Shown: positions 1 to 10,127 of the stretch, piece by piece | Layout: every line of letters starts with the position of its first letter | Position numbering within the stretch: position 1 is the stretch's first letter | Assembly: GCA_965243595.1 (NCBI GenBank) | Contig: OZ251569.1 | Span: forward strand, 2,180,203-2,244,202 | Length of the DNA stretch: 64,000 bases | Reading direction: 5' to 3' | Source: Thermodesulfobacteriota bacterium | GTDB taxonomy: Bacteria > Desulfobacterota_D > UBA1144 > Nemesobacterales > Nemesobacteraceae | Notes under the pieces: generated by a model | Told to the model about the DNA's origin: nothing | The model's input: the letters and a program-made list of their open reading frames with translations, nothing else | Databases searched by the model: none | Made by a program: the position numbers and the translations under genes

Positions 1-1610
1 ACCCGCGCCGCGAAGGCGACGAAACGGTGGTCGAGAAGCGGCACTCTCGCCTCGAGCCCCATGCTCATGGACGCCTTGTCGACCTTCGTCAGTATGTCGT
101 CGGGAAGCCAGATCCGAAAATCCCCGTAGAGCATGCGCGAGAGCAGATCCCCGGTTTTCAAGGCGTCGAACTCCGCGGAGAAAGTCTCTTGGTGAACGCC
201 CCCGGTCCGCCCGAAAACCTCCGGCATGTCCCGGGGAAACCATACGCCCCTTCTGTGCCTGTTCATCCCGGCCATGTCTCCGTCGATCGCCGCGAGCAGC
301 GTGGCCTTCTCCCTTTCCCACACGCCGCCCAGCTCCCTGAGACGGGAAAGCCCCGGAATCCCGCCCGCGACACCGAACCCTCCCGCGCCCAGGCCCGAAA
401 GCGACGCCCGAAGCCCTCTTCTGACGACCGGGGGAAGCTTCGAGGCGACGCCCGCGTAGCGCATGCACTTCAGGTAGTTTCTGTATCCGCAGAAAAGCTC
501 GTCTCCTCCGTCGGCCGACACGACCACCTTCACGCTCTCCCGCGCGAGCCTCGACACGACGCATGTGGGAATCGCGGAATTGTCGGCGAAGGGTTCGTCG
601 TATATGGAAGGAAGGTCGAAAACCACGTCCGCGGCTTCGTCTTCGGACACGTAAAGTTCCGTGTGGTCCGTTCCCAAGTGCTCCGCCACCTTCTTCGCCC
701 ACGCGGCCTCGTCGTATTCGCCGTCGTCAAAACCTATCGTGAAGGTCCTGAGCGGTTCCGGGGAGATTTTCCGAAGCATCGCCGTAACCAGGCTCGAATC
801 TATTCCTCCGCTGAGAAAAACTCCCACCGGAACGTCCGAAACCAGCCTGTACCTGAGCGAATCGGCCAGAATCTCCTCGAACCTGTCGCACGCCTCCTCC
901 TCGTCCATGTCCCACGGCTCCGCGTTCCACAACTCCGTCGCGTCCCAGTACCTGCGCTTTTCAATCTCCCCGTCTTTCAGGCGCAGGCAGCAGCCGGGCT
1001 CGAGCTTGAACGTGTTCTCGAAAATGGTGTGAGGGCTTCTCACGTAGTCGTATCTGAGAAAAAGGGCGAGCCCGTCCGGGCTTATCCTCCTGCCGAAGCC
1101 GGGATGTTCCATTATGGCCTTGAGTTCCGAAGCGAACAGGAAAAGCCCGTCCTCCCTGTAGTAGTAAAGGGGCTTTATCCCCACGCGGTCCCTCGCCAGG
1201 TAAAGCTCGTTCTTTCCGCCGTCCCACACCGCCAGGGCGAACATGCCTATGAACCTGTCGAGACACCCCATGCCCCACTGCTCGTAGGCCCTCACAAGAA
1301 CCTCCGTGTCGCACTCGGTTCTGAACGCGTGGCCCTTGGAGCGAAGTTCCTCCCTGATTTCCCTGTAGTTGTATATCTCCCCGTTGTAGCTCACCTGTAT
1401 GCGGCCGTCGTCGCTTCCCATGGGCTGGCGGCCCCGCTCGGAGAGGTCGAGGATGGAGAGCCTCGTGTGCCCGAGCCCCACCTTGCGGTCTTCGCTCACG
1501 TAGGTGCCGGAATCGTCGGGACCCCTGTGGCGAAGCGAATCGGTCATGGCCGAGAGAACCGACGGGTCGACGAAAGCCTTCTCGCTTCGGATTCCGGTTA
1601 TGCCGCACAT
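1..1610 (-). CDS. asnB: Asparagine synthase (glutamine-hydrolysing)-type amidotransferase, copy 1; 3' end runs off the window
   Basis: Manual translation from the ATG at 1610: MCGITGI...HRGPDD...LGHTRLS, RDRVGIKPLYY, FLSGGIDSS, SADGGDELFCGY, LTKVDKASM...EARVPLLDH. Absent from the ORF track because there is no stop in the window. Confidence 0.93.
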   Translation of the reverse strand, partial: MCGITGIRSEKAFVDPSVLSAMTDSLRHRGPDDSGTYVSEDRKVGLGHTRLSILDLSERGRQPMGSDDGRIQVSYNGEIYNYREIREELRSKGHAFRTECDTEVLVRAYEQWGMGCLDRFIGMFALAVWDGGKNELYLARDRVGIKPLYYYREDGLFLFASELKAIMEHPGFGRRISPDGLALFLRYDYVRSPHTIFENTFKLEPGCCLRLKDGEIEKRRYWDATELWNAEPWDMDEEEACDRFEEILADSLRYRLVSDVPVGVFLSGGIDSSLVTAMLRKISPEPLRTFTIGFDDGEYDEAAWAKKVAEHLGTDHTELYVSEDEAADVVFDLPSIYDEPFADNSAIPTCVVSRLARESVKVVVSADGGDELFCGYRNYLKCMRYAGVASKLPPVVRRGLRASLSGLGAGGFGVAGGIPGLSRLRELGGVWEREKATLLAAIDGDMAGMNRHRRGVWFPRDMPEVFGRTGGVHQETFSAEFDALKTGDLLSRMLYGDFRIWLPDDILTKVDKASMSMGLEARVPLLDHRFVAFAAR

Positions 1611-2008
1611 CGCGTTTCCGTGCCGCCGCGCCCCGCGGAAGAACCGCCGCGGGGCGTAGGGCGGCCGACAGAAATATACAGTTTTTTCCGCCCGCAATCA
1701 GCCGAACCGGATCCGCGGACGCTTCGAAACGAAAATCCCCCTCGCTTCGCAAGCTCCCGGGAAAGAGAAAACGCTCCGCGAGCCTCTCGGGTCGTCCCGC
1801 GATTTTCCCCGCCTCCGGCGCAGCGGGAAGATTTCAGAGAAACCGGTCCTGTGCGAAAAAACCTGATTTTCGGTATATTTGCCTCTCTCATGAAGGGTTC
1901 TTCTCCCACAGCGGCCCGCGGGCGGCATGTCCTCTCCGCCCCCGGACCGAAGGCGCGTCGATCCCCGCTCCCCGTACGCGGACTGCCCCTCGACGAGGAG
2001 GCGGGACC

Positions 2009-3148
2009 ATGAACGACGGACCGCGGGGCCGGCCGGGAAAGATTCTGTTCGTCTCCCTCGACTTCGGACCGGGAGGAGCCCAGAGACAGCTCGTCAACAT
2101 AGCAAACGGCTTCCACGAGAGAGGATACCGCGTGTCGGTGTTCGCTTTTCCCAACAGAAGAGACGCGGAAGTCGTAAGAGGCTGCCTCCGCGAGGACATC
2201 GAGGGGTTTTTTCCGCCCGCGGCGAAGAGACTGGGATCTCTCGCGACCCTTCTGGCGACGGCCCGGCTTTTCGCGACGGTGATCAGGGAAAAACCCGACA
2301 TAATCTACTGCAGGCAGTGGCCGAAAATGCCGATCGCGCTCATGGGACGGATCGCCGGAGCCAGAACGGTTTCGGTGGAAGGAAACAGCCTCGGACACAG
2401 TCTCGGGGAAAGGCCCCTGCTGCTCCGGGCCAGGGGATTCTGCGCCCGCCTCTCGGACAGGGTGGTCGCAAACTCCCGGGGGCTCGCGCGCGAAGCGAAG
2501 GAAGTCTTCGGGCTCTCGTCGGACGTCGCCGCCATATACAACGGAATCGACACGGACGACGTACGGAGAAAATCCCGAGAGCGGGCGGCGCACGAATGGT
2601 TCGGAGAAGACGTCCCCGTGATGCTCGCCATAGGAGCCCACAAGAAGCAGAAAGGCTTCGTCCATCTCATGAAGGCCGCGGAGATCGTGAACAGGACCAG
2701 GCCCGCCCGCCTGATGATCATGGGAGGCGGGAACAAAAGGGAACTCGCCGCCCTCTCCCGGGAGCTGGGCGTGGAGGACAGAACGGATTTCCCGGACGCG
2801 GTGCCCAATCCCTTTCCCTTCATGCTGGCGGCGGACGTGTTCGTGTGCTCTTCCCTGTACGAGGGTTTCTCGAACGTCATCCTGGAAGCCATGGCCCTGG
2901 GAAAACCGGTAATATCGACGGATCACAGACACGGGGCGAACGAGATCATCGAGGACGGAAAAAACGGCGTCCTCGTCCCGCCGCAGGACCCGGAGAGCAT
3001 GGCCGGGGCGATTCTGAAGGTGCTGGGCGACGCGGAACTTCGGGAGAGGCTGGGAGCCGAGGCGAAAAAAAGATCGGAGGATTTTTCGAGAGACAGGATG
3101 ATTTCGGAATACGAAGAACTGTTCGCCCGAATGATGGAAGCGAAATAG
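2009..3148 (+). CDS. Glycosyltransferase family 4 (GT-B)
   Basis: 379 aa; GGAQRQL N-terminal motif, IYNGID, KQKG, SSLYEGFSNVILEAMALGKPVI. Confidence 0.92.
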   Translation: MNDGPRGRPGKILFVSLDFGPGGAQRQLVNIANGFHERGYRVSVFAFPNRRDAEVVRGCLREDIEGFFPPAAKRLGSLATLLATARLFATVIREKPDIIYCRQWPKMPIALMGRIAGARTVSVEGNSLGHSLGERPLLLRARGFCARLSDRVVANSRGLAREAKEVFGLSSDVAAIYNGIDTDDVRRKSRERAAHEWFGEDVPVMLAIGAHKKQKGFVHLMKAAEIVNRTRPARLMIMGGGNKRELAALSRELGVEDRTDFPDAVPNPFPFMLAADVFVCSSLYEGFSNVILEAMALGKPVISTDHRHGANEIIEDGKNGVLVPPQDPESMAGAILKVLGDAELRERLGAEAKKRSEDFSRDRMISEYEELFARMMEAK

Positions 3149-3292
3149 CGGCGCCGAGCGCGGAACGCGGTTTCGCGTTTTCACGTTTTCACGCGAAGAA
3201 CCTTCTCGACTCGTGAAAACCGCCCGTTCCCGCGCCGGGCTTTAGGAAATGAACCGATTCCCGGACACGCCGGGCGAAGGCGGGTTTCACAG

Positions 3293-4471
3293 ATGAAAAA
3301 CAAGGATTCTTTCTCCGCCCCCCGATACCGCGACGCGAGAGTTCTCTACGTGGGAAGCCCTCCTCTTTTTTCCGGAGGAGCGAGTCCCATACACATGATG
3401 AAGATGTGCCAGGCGATGACCAGGCTCGGAATTTCGGTCGAGTGCGTGCTGCCCGGACGGTTTTCCGAGGAAAAACTGTTCGACTACCACGGGGTGAGCG
3501 AGAGATTCGGGGTCGCCGCGATTCCCTTCACGGACGGTCCCGGAAGACAGTTCGTCCACGGCGTGGCCGCCTCGCTCTACGCGCTGGGGAAAAGGAAAAG
3601 CTACGACTTCGCGCTTACGAGAAACCTGATCTTCGCCTGGACGTGCGCGGGGTTCTTCGGCATTCCCACGGTCTACGACGCCCATCATCCTCCCGTGAAC
3701 CGGATCGCCGAAGAAATGATAAGATTCTTCTCCCGCTCGAAAAACCTGCTCGGGATGTCGTTCAATTCCGAAGGACTTCGCGGGATATATTCGCGGATGG
3801 GAATAGCCGCCCGAAACTCCGTCGTCGCCCACAACGGCGTCGAGCTCGAGATGTTCGAGAACCCCCGGGACGTTCCGGTCAGGGAGAAACTGGGCATCCC
3901 GCCCGAGAAAAAAATAGTGTGCTACTGCGGAAACACCTACGAGGGAAGAGGGATGGAACTTCTGGCGGACATGGCGAGGCGTCTTCCGGACGCGGAGTTT
4001 CTGGTGGTGGGAGGCGAGGAGCGCTACATCGGCCATTACAGGGAAATGGTCCGCTCGAGAGGGCTAGGCAATTTCACCATGACGGGGCTCGTCCCCCAGA
4101 GCGAGGTTTCCTCCTACCTCCTGGCCTCCGACATCCTGGTCCTGCCCTACTCTTCCTCGGTGACCATAGAGGGCGGAACGAGAGCGGGAGATTTCACCAG
4201 TCCTCTCAAGGTTTTCGAGTACATGGCGGCCGGAAAGCCGATAGTGGCGACGGAAATTCCCTCGGTGCTCGAGATACTCGAGCCGGGCAGAAATTCCGTC
4301 GTAGTCCCGCCCGACAACCCCGGAAAGTTCTTCGACGCGGTCTCGTCCCTGATCGGCGACCCGGACCTCCGCGCGCGGATTTCCGGAAACGCCCTTTCGG
4401 ACGTCCGCGAATACACGTGGAAGAAAAGAGCGGAAAAGATACTGACGGGTCTCGGAATCGCTTCCGGCTGA
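3293..4471 (+). CDS. Glycosyltransferase family 4 (GT-B)
   Basis: 392 aa; HNGVE, SPLKVFEYMAAGKPIVAT, YTWKKRA. Confidence 0.92.
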   Translation: MKNKDSFSAPRYRDARVLYVGSPPLFSGGASPIHMMKMCQAMTRLGISVECVLPGRFSEEKLFDYHGVSERFGVAAIPFTDGPGRQFVHGVAASLYALGKRKSYDFALTRNLIFAWTCAGFFGIPTVYDAHHPPVNRIAEEMIRFFSRSKNLLGMSFNSEGLRGIYSRMGIAARNSVVAHNGVELEMFENPRDVPVREKLGIPPEKKIVCYCGNTYEGRGMELLADMARRLPDAEFLVVGGEERYIGHYREMVRSRGLGNFTMTGLVPQSEVSSYLLASDILVLPYSSSVTIEGGTRAGDFTSPLKVFEYMAAGKPIVATEIPSVLEILEPGRNSVVVPPDNPGKFFDAVSSLIGDPDLRARISGNALSDVREYTWKKRAEKILTGLGIASG

Positions 4472-4670
4472 TTTTTTCGTCCCCGCGACGGCCGCCACAT
4501 CTTTCGTCTCCGCCCGCGGAAACTCCTCGAAAAATACCGCCCCCGGATCCTTCGCGGGCTTGTCCGAAGCCGCGGCGGGGACCGGGCGAACTGTCTTTCG
4601 GGTCCGCCCCCGTGTATGCTGTGAGAGTCGCCCGCGCGTCCGCGTCCGCGACGAAACACACGGAAACGCG

Positions 4671-6584
4671 ATGTGCGGCATAACCGGAATCCGAAGCGAG
4701 AAGGCTTTCGTCGACCCGTCGGTTCTCTCGGCCATGACCGATTCGCTTCGCCACAGGGGTCCCGACGATTCCGGCACCTACGTGAGCCGGGATGGAAAGG
4801 TGGGACTCGGACATACCAGGCTCTCCATCCTCGACCTCTCCGAGAGGGGCCGCCAGCCCATGGGAAGCGACGACGGACGCATACAGGTGAGCTACAACGG
4901 GGAGATATACAACTACAGGGAACTCCGGGAGGAACTTCGCTCCAAGGGCCACGCGTTCAGAACCGAGTGCGACACGGAGGTTCTTGTGAGGGCCTACGAG
5001 CAGTGGGGCATGGGGTGTCTGGACAGGTTCATAGGGATGTTCGCGCTTGCTGTGTGGGACGGGAGAAAGCAGGAGCTTTACCTGGCGAGGGACCGCGTGG
5101 GGATAAAGCCCCTTTACTACTACAGGGAGGACGGGCTTTTCCTGTTCGCTTCGGAACTCAAGGCCATCATGGAACATCCCAGCTTCGGCAGGAGGATAAG
5201 CGCCGACGGACTGGCCCTTTTTCTGCGCTACGACTACGTGAGAAGCCCCCACACCATTTTCGAGAACACGTTCAAGCTCGAGCCCGGCTGCTGCCTGCGC
5301 CTGAAAGATGGGGAGATTGAAAAGCGCAGGTACTGGGACGCCGCGGAGTTCTGGAACGCGAAGCCGTGGGACATGGACGAGGAGGAGGCGTGCGACAGGT
5401 TCGAGGAGATTCTGGCCGATTCGCTCGGATACAGGCTGGTTTCGGACGTTCCCGTGGGAGTCTTTCTCAGCGGGGGAATAGATTCGAGCCTGGTTACGGC
5501 GATGCTTCAGAAAGACTCTACTGAACCGGTAAAAACCTTCACGATAGGTTTTGAGGAAAAGCAATACGACGAGGCCGCGTGGGCTAGGAAGGTGGCGGAG
5601 CGTCTGGGGACGGACCACACGGAACTTTACGTGTCCGAAGACGATGCCGTGAACGTGCTCTTCGATCTTCCCTCGATATACGACGAACCTTTCGGCGACG
5701 ACTCGTCGATACCGACCTGCGCGGTTTCGAGGCTCGCGCGGGAGAGCGTGAAGGTGGTCATGTCGGGCGACGGCGGAGACGAGCTTTTCTGCGGATACAA
5801 CCACTACGCGAGACTCGCGCGGACGGCCGCCGCCGTCGGAAAAATCCCCCGGGCGGCCAGAGGAGGAATCAGGTCGGCGCTTTCGTCGCTCGGCACGGCC
5901 GGGGTCGAATCCCTGGCCAGGACCGTGGGACTAGCTCCTCTCTCGAAAGACTACGCCAAGGTCCGGGCGTCGCTGCTGGGGGTCCTCGACGAAGACATGG
6001 CGGAGATGTACAGGAGCAAGTGGAGCGCGTGGTTTCCCGAAGATTTCGAGGGGCTCTTCACGGAGACTCCGCGGGCCCGCGACGATACGTTCGACGCGGA
6101 TTTCGCGGCCACCGAAGGCGGAGAGCTTATCGACCGGATGCTTTACGCGAGCTTTAACGTGTGGCTTCCCGACAACATACTGACGAAGGTCGACAGGGCG
6201 TCCATGAGCGCGGGGCTCGAGGCGAGGGAACCGCTTCTGGACCACAGGCTCGTCCGCTTCGCGGCGCAGACTCCCGTGAACTTCAAGTACAGGGACGGAA
6301 AGAACAAGTATTTTCTCAGAAAAGCGCTTTCAAGATATCTGCCCCGCGAGCTTTACGACCGCCCCAAGACCGGATTCGTCGGCCCCGTGGACTCGTGGAT
6401 GAGAGGCAGGCTTCGGCCCGTGGTCATGGAGCATCTGGGTCGGGACGCGATAAGGAAAAGCGGGGTGTTCGACCCCGGCGAAGTGTCGCGGTGGATCCGC
6501 AGGTTCTACGACGATTCCTCCATAAGACCCGAACGCATATGGAACCTGCTCACGTTCCAGATGTGGTACGAGAGGTGGCATTGA
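4671..6584 (+). CDS. asnB: Asparagine synthase (glutamine-hydrolysing)-type amidotransferase, copy 2
   Basis: Start set at MCGITG (Ntn catalytic Cys2); HRGPDD, YNGEIYNY, LSGGIDSS, SGDGGDELFCGY, KVDRASMSAGLEAREPLLD, RPKTGF. Confidence 0.95.
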   Translation: MCGITGIRSEKAFVDPSVLSAMTDSLRHRGPDDSGTYVSRDGKVGLGHTRLSILDLSERGRQPMGSDDGRIQVSYNGEIYNYRELREELRSKGHAFRTECDTEVLVRAYEQWGMGCLDRFIGMFALAVWDGRKQELYLARDRVGIKPLYYYREDGLFLFASELKAIMEHPSFGRRISADGLALFLRYDYVRSPHTIFENTFKLEPGCCLRLKDGEIEKRRYWDAAEFWNAKPWDMDEEEACDRFEEILADSLGYRLVSDVPVGVFLSGGIDSSLVTAMLQKDSTEPVKTFTIGFEEKQYDEAAWARKVAERLGTDHTELYVSEDDAVNVLFDLPSIYDEPFGDDSSIPTCAVSRLARESVKVVMSGDGGDELFCGYNHYARLARTAAAVGKIPRAARGGIRSALSSLGTAGVESLARTVGLAPLSKDYAKVRASLLGVLDEDMAEMYRSKWSAWFPEDFEGLFTETPRARDDTFDADFAATEGGELIDRMLYASFNVWLPDNILTKVDRASMSAGLEAREPLLDHRLVRFAAQTPVNFKYRDGKNKYFLRKALSRYLPRELYDRPKTGFVGPVDSWMRGRLRPVVMEHLGRDAIRKSGVFDPGEVSRWIRRFYDDSSIRPERIWNLLTFQMWYERWH

Positions 6585-6639
6585 GAAGCGAGGCGGCGCC
6601 CGGCCCGCGAGATCTTCCGAACTTCGGGAGGTTTCCCTT

Positions 6640-7113
6640 TCATTTGCCGGACAGAATCTGTATCTTGTTCGCCTTCATGATGTTTTCGCGTTTTACGAAA
6701 AGATACTTCTTGTACTTGCTGTAGAAACCCCAGATTCTTATCCTGCTTCCGTTTCCGATGCCTTCGACGTACCCCCTGGCGTAGACGTTTATTCTTTTCC
6801 CGGGGTCGTCCTCGAAAAACCGAAACAGGGTGAACTTCCTGCCGTTCGCCATTTCCTTGAACTTAAGTTCCCCGACCTGTCCCTCTAGGGTCACCATCGT
6901 CCTGTGAAACCTGTCGGGAGAATCCAGAACCTGGGAAATGGCGACCGCCGGTTCTTCGATTTCTCCGATATCGGTGTAAGTCTTGTAGACTTCTTTTTCC
7001 CCCGCCGGAATTATTCCGCTGAAGTCCGTGTAGGTCCTGTTGATCTCTTTCCGCGCGTGGGAAGGAACGGAAAGGATCAAGAAAAAGAATAGAACAAAAG
7101 AAAATTTTTTCAT
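6640..7113 (-). CDS. Exported hypothetical protein, possible OB-fold
   Basis: MKKFSFVLFFFLILSVPSHA signal peptide; 'ISQVLDSPDRFHRTMVTLEGQV' resembles OB-fold/CcmE-like openings. Start chosen at ATG 7113. Confidence 0.6.
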   Translation of the reverse strand: MKKFSFVLFFFLILSVPSHARKEINRTYTDFSGIIPAGEKEVYKTYTDIGEIEEPAVAISQVLDSPDRFHRTMVTLEGQVGELKFKEMANGRKFTLFRFFEDDPGKRINVYARGYVEGIGNGSRIRIWGFYSKYKKYLFVKRENIMKANKIQILSGK

Positions 7114-7456
7114 TTTTCCCCGGCCGCCGCGACTGAAACGGCGACGGAGCATTATATTTCATGAAAACTTCTAAATCAAAGAATCTCGAGGAGGCACCAC
7201 CGCTTAAAGAAAACGGAGAATTTCCAGATGGAAAAGACAAGTACGCAATGTAAAAAACTGCTCGGAGTGGTCCCCGCAACGCAACACCACGAAAAAGGCA
7301 TTTAAATCGGCAGAACTTCTAAAGACCAGCAATGTGCGCTCGGTTCTCCGTATGCTGAAAATCACACAAAGCAAACAGTCCGAGGTTGTTGCAATGCAGA
7401 ACTCTGTTTCGTCCTCATCAATGATGTTGTTCATGGCAAGAACCCTGCAAAAATCG

Positions 7457-7485
7457 TTGCCCCCCCCCCCCCCGCCCAATAATAT
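7457..7485 (+). promoter_or_regulatory. Putative sigma70 promoter with a C14 homopolymer in the spacer
   Basis: TTGCCC (7457-7462) - 17 nt - TAATAT (7480-7485); C run 7460-7473; about 75 nt upstream of the lipoprotein ATG. Confidence 0.5.
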
Positions 7486-7559
7486 ATACTTAATGAAGGA
7501 AAAAGCCGCATGACGACAATACTTAAACCAGAGCGTGTCAACACACCCTCGAGGAAAAC

Positions 7560-8510
7560 ATGACGATGAGAAACCTACTGGCTGTTGGAATTTTCTGCCT
7601 GCCCTTGGGACTGTTCGGTTGCGGGGGCGAAGGCGGGGAAGCGGAACAAAGCAACACTTCCAGTACAAGCGGTACTCAACCCGCAGAAGCTTCCGCGGTT
7701 CGCACACAGGTGGAGGGCCGCTGTCTTGACAGCGAGGACGATTTCTGCACCAGAGCTTACTCGATAATAGCCGACTGGATATCGGGAAGACTGACCGACG
7801 AGGAGTTTGTCAATCGGATAATTCTCCTGAGGGCATACGAAACTGCTGGCGGGCAAGAACAAGAACAGGAACCTTCCAGAGAGAGGGAAATCGACCCCAC
7901 TGACAATGACTGCACCCCCAGGCTGAGAGGGACAGGTGGAGGAACCTTTGACTATGACCCCGCCTGGGAGAATCAGGTTAACGGCCAGGAAAGGGCAGTC
8001 TACAGGGGCACGGGAAGGACGAGCACTACTCCAGCCAAGGAAAACATAAGAATTTACTCTTACGACCCCGCCGGGCAGTCTTACGAAAACACGTCTGAGG
8101 TTCTGGCAAAACTGTTCTGCGAAGCGAAGAGGGAACCGGATTTTCACGGGGTTACCCTGCAGCAGTGTCAGGACAACATCACAGGAAGATACGCATGTTA
8201 TGTCGGAAGAGCGGAAGGAAACGTCGTGCTGTTTTTCAAGGAAGACGATGTTTCCGCCCTTCTCGATCTGTATGCGGAAATGACGTATTCCCAAATCAGG
8301 GAACACCTGATACTCAACACAGATTACGATTTTTTGGGATGGACTCTAGGTTTTACGCAAGACCCGGGCATTCCTTCTGACGGAAGCATTCCCGACTATT
8401 CCATGCCGAAACGCTTTGATACCAGTTCCAATTTCAGGGCTTGCACCACTCAGCGGCCACAGCACTGTCATATCACCATAACAATTTCACGTTACTTTGA
8501 CTGGGACTAG
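7560..8510 (+). CDS. Putative lipoprotein, unknown function
   Basis: 316 aa; hydrophobic leader ending LFG-C (lipobox), then a Ser/Thr/Gly-rich linker; several Cys. Confidence 0.7.
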   Translation: MTMRNLLAVGIFCLPLGLFGCGGEGGEAEQSNTSSTSGTQPAEASAVRTQVEGRCLDSEDDFCTRAYSIIADWISGRLTDEEFVNRIILLRAYETAGGQEQEQEPSREREIDPTDNDCTPRLRGTGGGTFDYDPAWENQVNGQERAVYRGTGRTSTTPAKENIRIYSYDPAGQSYENTSEVLAKLFCEAKREPDFHGVTLQQCQDNITGRYACYVGRAEGNVVLFFKEDDVSALLDLYAEMTYSQIREHLILNTDYDFLGWTLGFTQDPGIPSDGSIPDYSMPKRFDTSSNFRACTTQRPQHCHITITISRYFDWD

Positions 8511-8544
8511 ATTTTCAATTACGACGAAGAAGAAAGTGATAGCG

Positions 8545-8800
8545 TAGCGAATTTTTACGGGACAGACCCTTTGTATCTTCGGAAAATCTTGCCGTCAGAA
8601 TCCGAAATCGGTTCGTCGCTTTATGCGTTTACAGTTTCTTGAGACGCCACTGGTTTTTCTCGGCAACGGCTTCTTCCTCCAGAAAGTCCAGCTTTCCGGC
8701 AGTCACATCTCTTTCGATTTCCTCGTCCCACTTCCCCCTGTCCCTTTCAGAAAGCCAGACGCGCAGACACCCGTAATCCTCGGGTTCGTTTTCCGAGAAC
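8545..8800 (-). pseudogene. Degenerate copy of the antitoxin/ParE-like toxin pair at 39430-39744
   Basis: Minus strand reads ...EDYGCLRVWLSERDRGKWDEEIERDVTAGKLDFLEEEAVAEKNQWRLKKL*, then (T)HKATNRFRILTARFSEDTKGLSRKNS. It aligns with 39544-39744 and the downstream toxin stub; the start codons are lost. Confidence 0.7.
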
Positions 8801-8823
8801 GGATCCGATTTCCACTGCTCTCG

Positions 8824-8855
8824 GACAGTTATAAAGAATTTTTTTTACAACTGTC
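8824..8855. repeat. rhuM-type palindrome (degenerate)
   Basis: gacagttataaa-gaattttt-tttacaactgtc; related to the perfect palindrome at 39869. Confidence 0.7.
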
Positions 8856-8911
8856 GGACTCGTGAAATCGCCCTACTTCGGGTTTCGCCAAGTTCCCCCG
8901 CTTTTCGCCTG

Positions 8912-8936
8912 AACCTGCAAGAATTCCTTGCAAGTT
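8912..8936. repeat. rhuM-type palindrome (10-5-10)
   Basis: aacctgcaag-aattc-cttgcaagtt; the minus strand reads A-T-C-K-E-F-L-Q-V-Q. Confidence 0.8.
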
Positions 8937-9123
8937 GCCTTTTCCCTCTCGGTCCGGGATTCCCGATGTCGAACCGTCGAAAGTCCCGGGATGCCAAAGT
9001 TTCGAAACTGTTGGAAAGACGGCGGGGTCAGCCAGCACCATGAACGGGACGCGAGAGCCCGGCGCACCATGATTTGACTTCAACCGCGAGAACCATATGG
9101 TAATTTGCACAAGGAGAAGTACG

Positions 9124-9381
9124 GTGAGAACAGCTGTTGACGACCCAGAGACCGAACTGTCCGCCCTGATAAACGCGGCCCTTGCCGGTGAACCGGTAGT
9201 TCTGACGAGACGCGGCAGACCCGTGGCCGAAATAAAGCCTTTGCCCGAAGCGAAAAAAACCGCCGGGACGCTGGAGGCGGTCCGAAAAATAGTTGCGGAA
9301 GCCAAAAGCAAAGTTCCCGAAGGCGTTTCCGCCGCCGCGGCCGACAACTTTCTTTACGACGCCACCGGGATGCCTTCATGA
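9124..9381 (+). CDS. Phd/YefM (prevent-host-death) antitoxin, copy 1
   Basis: LSALINAALAGEPVVLTRRGRPVAEI is the Phd consensus; GTG start after AAGGAG; ATGA overlap with a VapC start. Confidence 0.85.
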   Translation: MRTAVDDPETELSALINAALAGEPVVLTRRGRPVAEIKPLPEAKKTAGTLEAVRKIVAEAKSKVPEGVSAAAADNFLYDATGMPS

Positions 9382-9428
9382 TCGCGGTCGACACGTCCGC
9401 AATCAAATCTCCAAACATGACTTCATGA
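9378..9428 (+). pseudogene. VapC (PIN) toxin stub
   Basis: MIAVDTSAI (VapC N-terminus), stop after 16 codons. Confidence 0.75.
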
Positions 9429-9600
9429 ATAACTCGCGAGGAAACCGCAATATCAAAACCAGATTTGTATAAAACAAATGCTATTTTGTGTATATTAAGA
9501 GATACTGTGGAAAAAGTTTTTGCGTCTTTTGGATGGAACCAGTTTTAGGTCTTCTCCGTCCGTTCTTGTACAGGAGGAGAAGGCTGGGAGGTAAGCATTC

Positions 9601-9822
9601 GTGCCCAGACTAATCGTTACTTTGTCCAAGGAGATTGACGACCGCCTTGAGGAAATCGCAAAGCAAGGAGGGATAAGCAAAGCGGAAGCCATGACGAAAG
9701 CGTTCGCCTTGCTGTCCGCCGTCAAGGAGAGAGAAAGTGAAGACACTTTGCTCGCCATCGTCAGGGAGAACTCCGAGAAAAAAGACTCCGCTGAAATCGT
9801 TTGTCAATTCGTCGGCGTGTAA
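9601..9822 (+). CDS. CopG/ribbon-helix-helix DNA-binding protein
   Basis: MPRLIVTLSKEIDDRLEEIAKQGGISKAEAMTKA fits the RHH pattern; RBS-like GGGAGG upstream. Confidence 0.75.
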   Translation: MPRLIVTLSKEIDDRLEEIAKQGGISKAEAMTKAFALLSAVKERESEDTLLAIVRENSEKKDSAEIVCQFVGV

Positions 9823-10076
9823 TGAGCGAAAGACGCGAAGAAATTGATTTAGAAGCTTATTACCCGAGAAACAGCACCGGCATCAGCGGGGAAGACAGGC
9901 TCAAGTTCGCAAAGCAATTGCTTTTCTGTCTTCTGGTCGTCTGTAGCACCATATTTGTCTGTTACGGTATTTATCCAGAAAACGAAGCGCTTATAAACAT
10001 GTTTGAACTGGTCAAAATAGGTGCTTTGCCCCTGATCACGCTGGTTATCTCTTTCTATTTTCCGAAAGCTTTGTGA
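9822..10076 (+). CDS. Small two-TM membrane protein
   Basis: TAATG coupling to the RHH gene; hydrophobic LLFCLLVVCSTIFVCYGIY and IGALPLITLVISFYFP. Confidence 0.65.
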   Translation: MSERREEIDLEAYYPRNSTGISGEDRLKFAKQLLFCLLVVCSTIFVCYGIYPENEALINMFELVKIGALPLITLVISFYFPKAL

Positions 10077-10127
10077 AGTCGTCGCCCCGTCAGGTCTTTT
10101 CATAAGCAATCGTTCCGTCTCACCAAC

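Larger units (their letters stand above)
8855..9432 (+). repeat. ~580-bp direct repeat, copy 1 (palindromic leader + phd + vapC stub)
   Basis: Near-identical to 10180-10769, from cggactcgtgaaatcgccc to gacttcatgaataa. Confidence 0.92.

Noticed and set aside
27-2012. 661-aa + strand ORF (also 1598-3184 and 4206-5804 on -)
   Set aside because: Antisense shadows of the asnB and glycosyltransferase genes; no motifs.
7204-7707. 167-aa minus-strand ORF with poly-Gly from the C tract
   Set aside because: It overlaps the lipoprotein start antisense, has atypical composition and has no motif.
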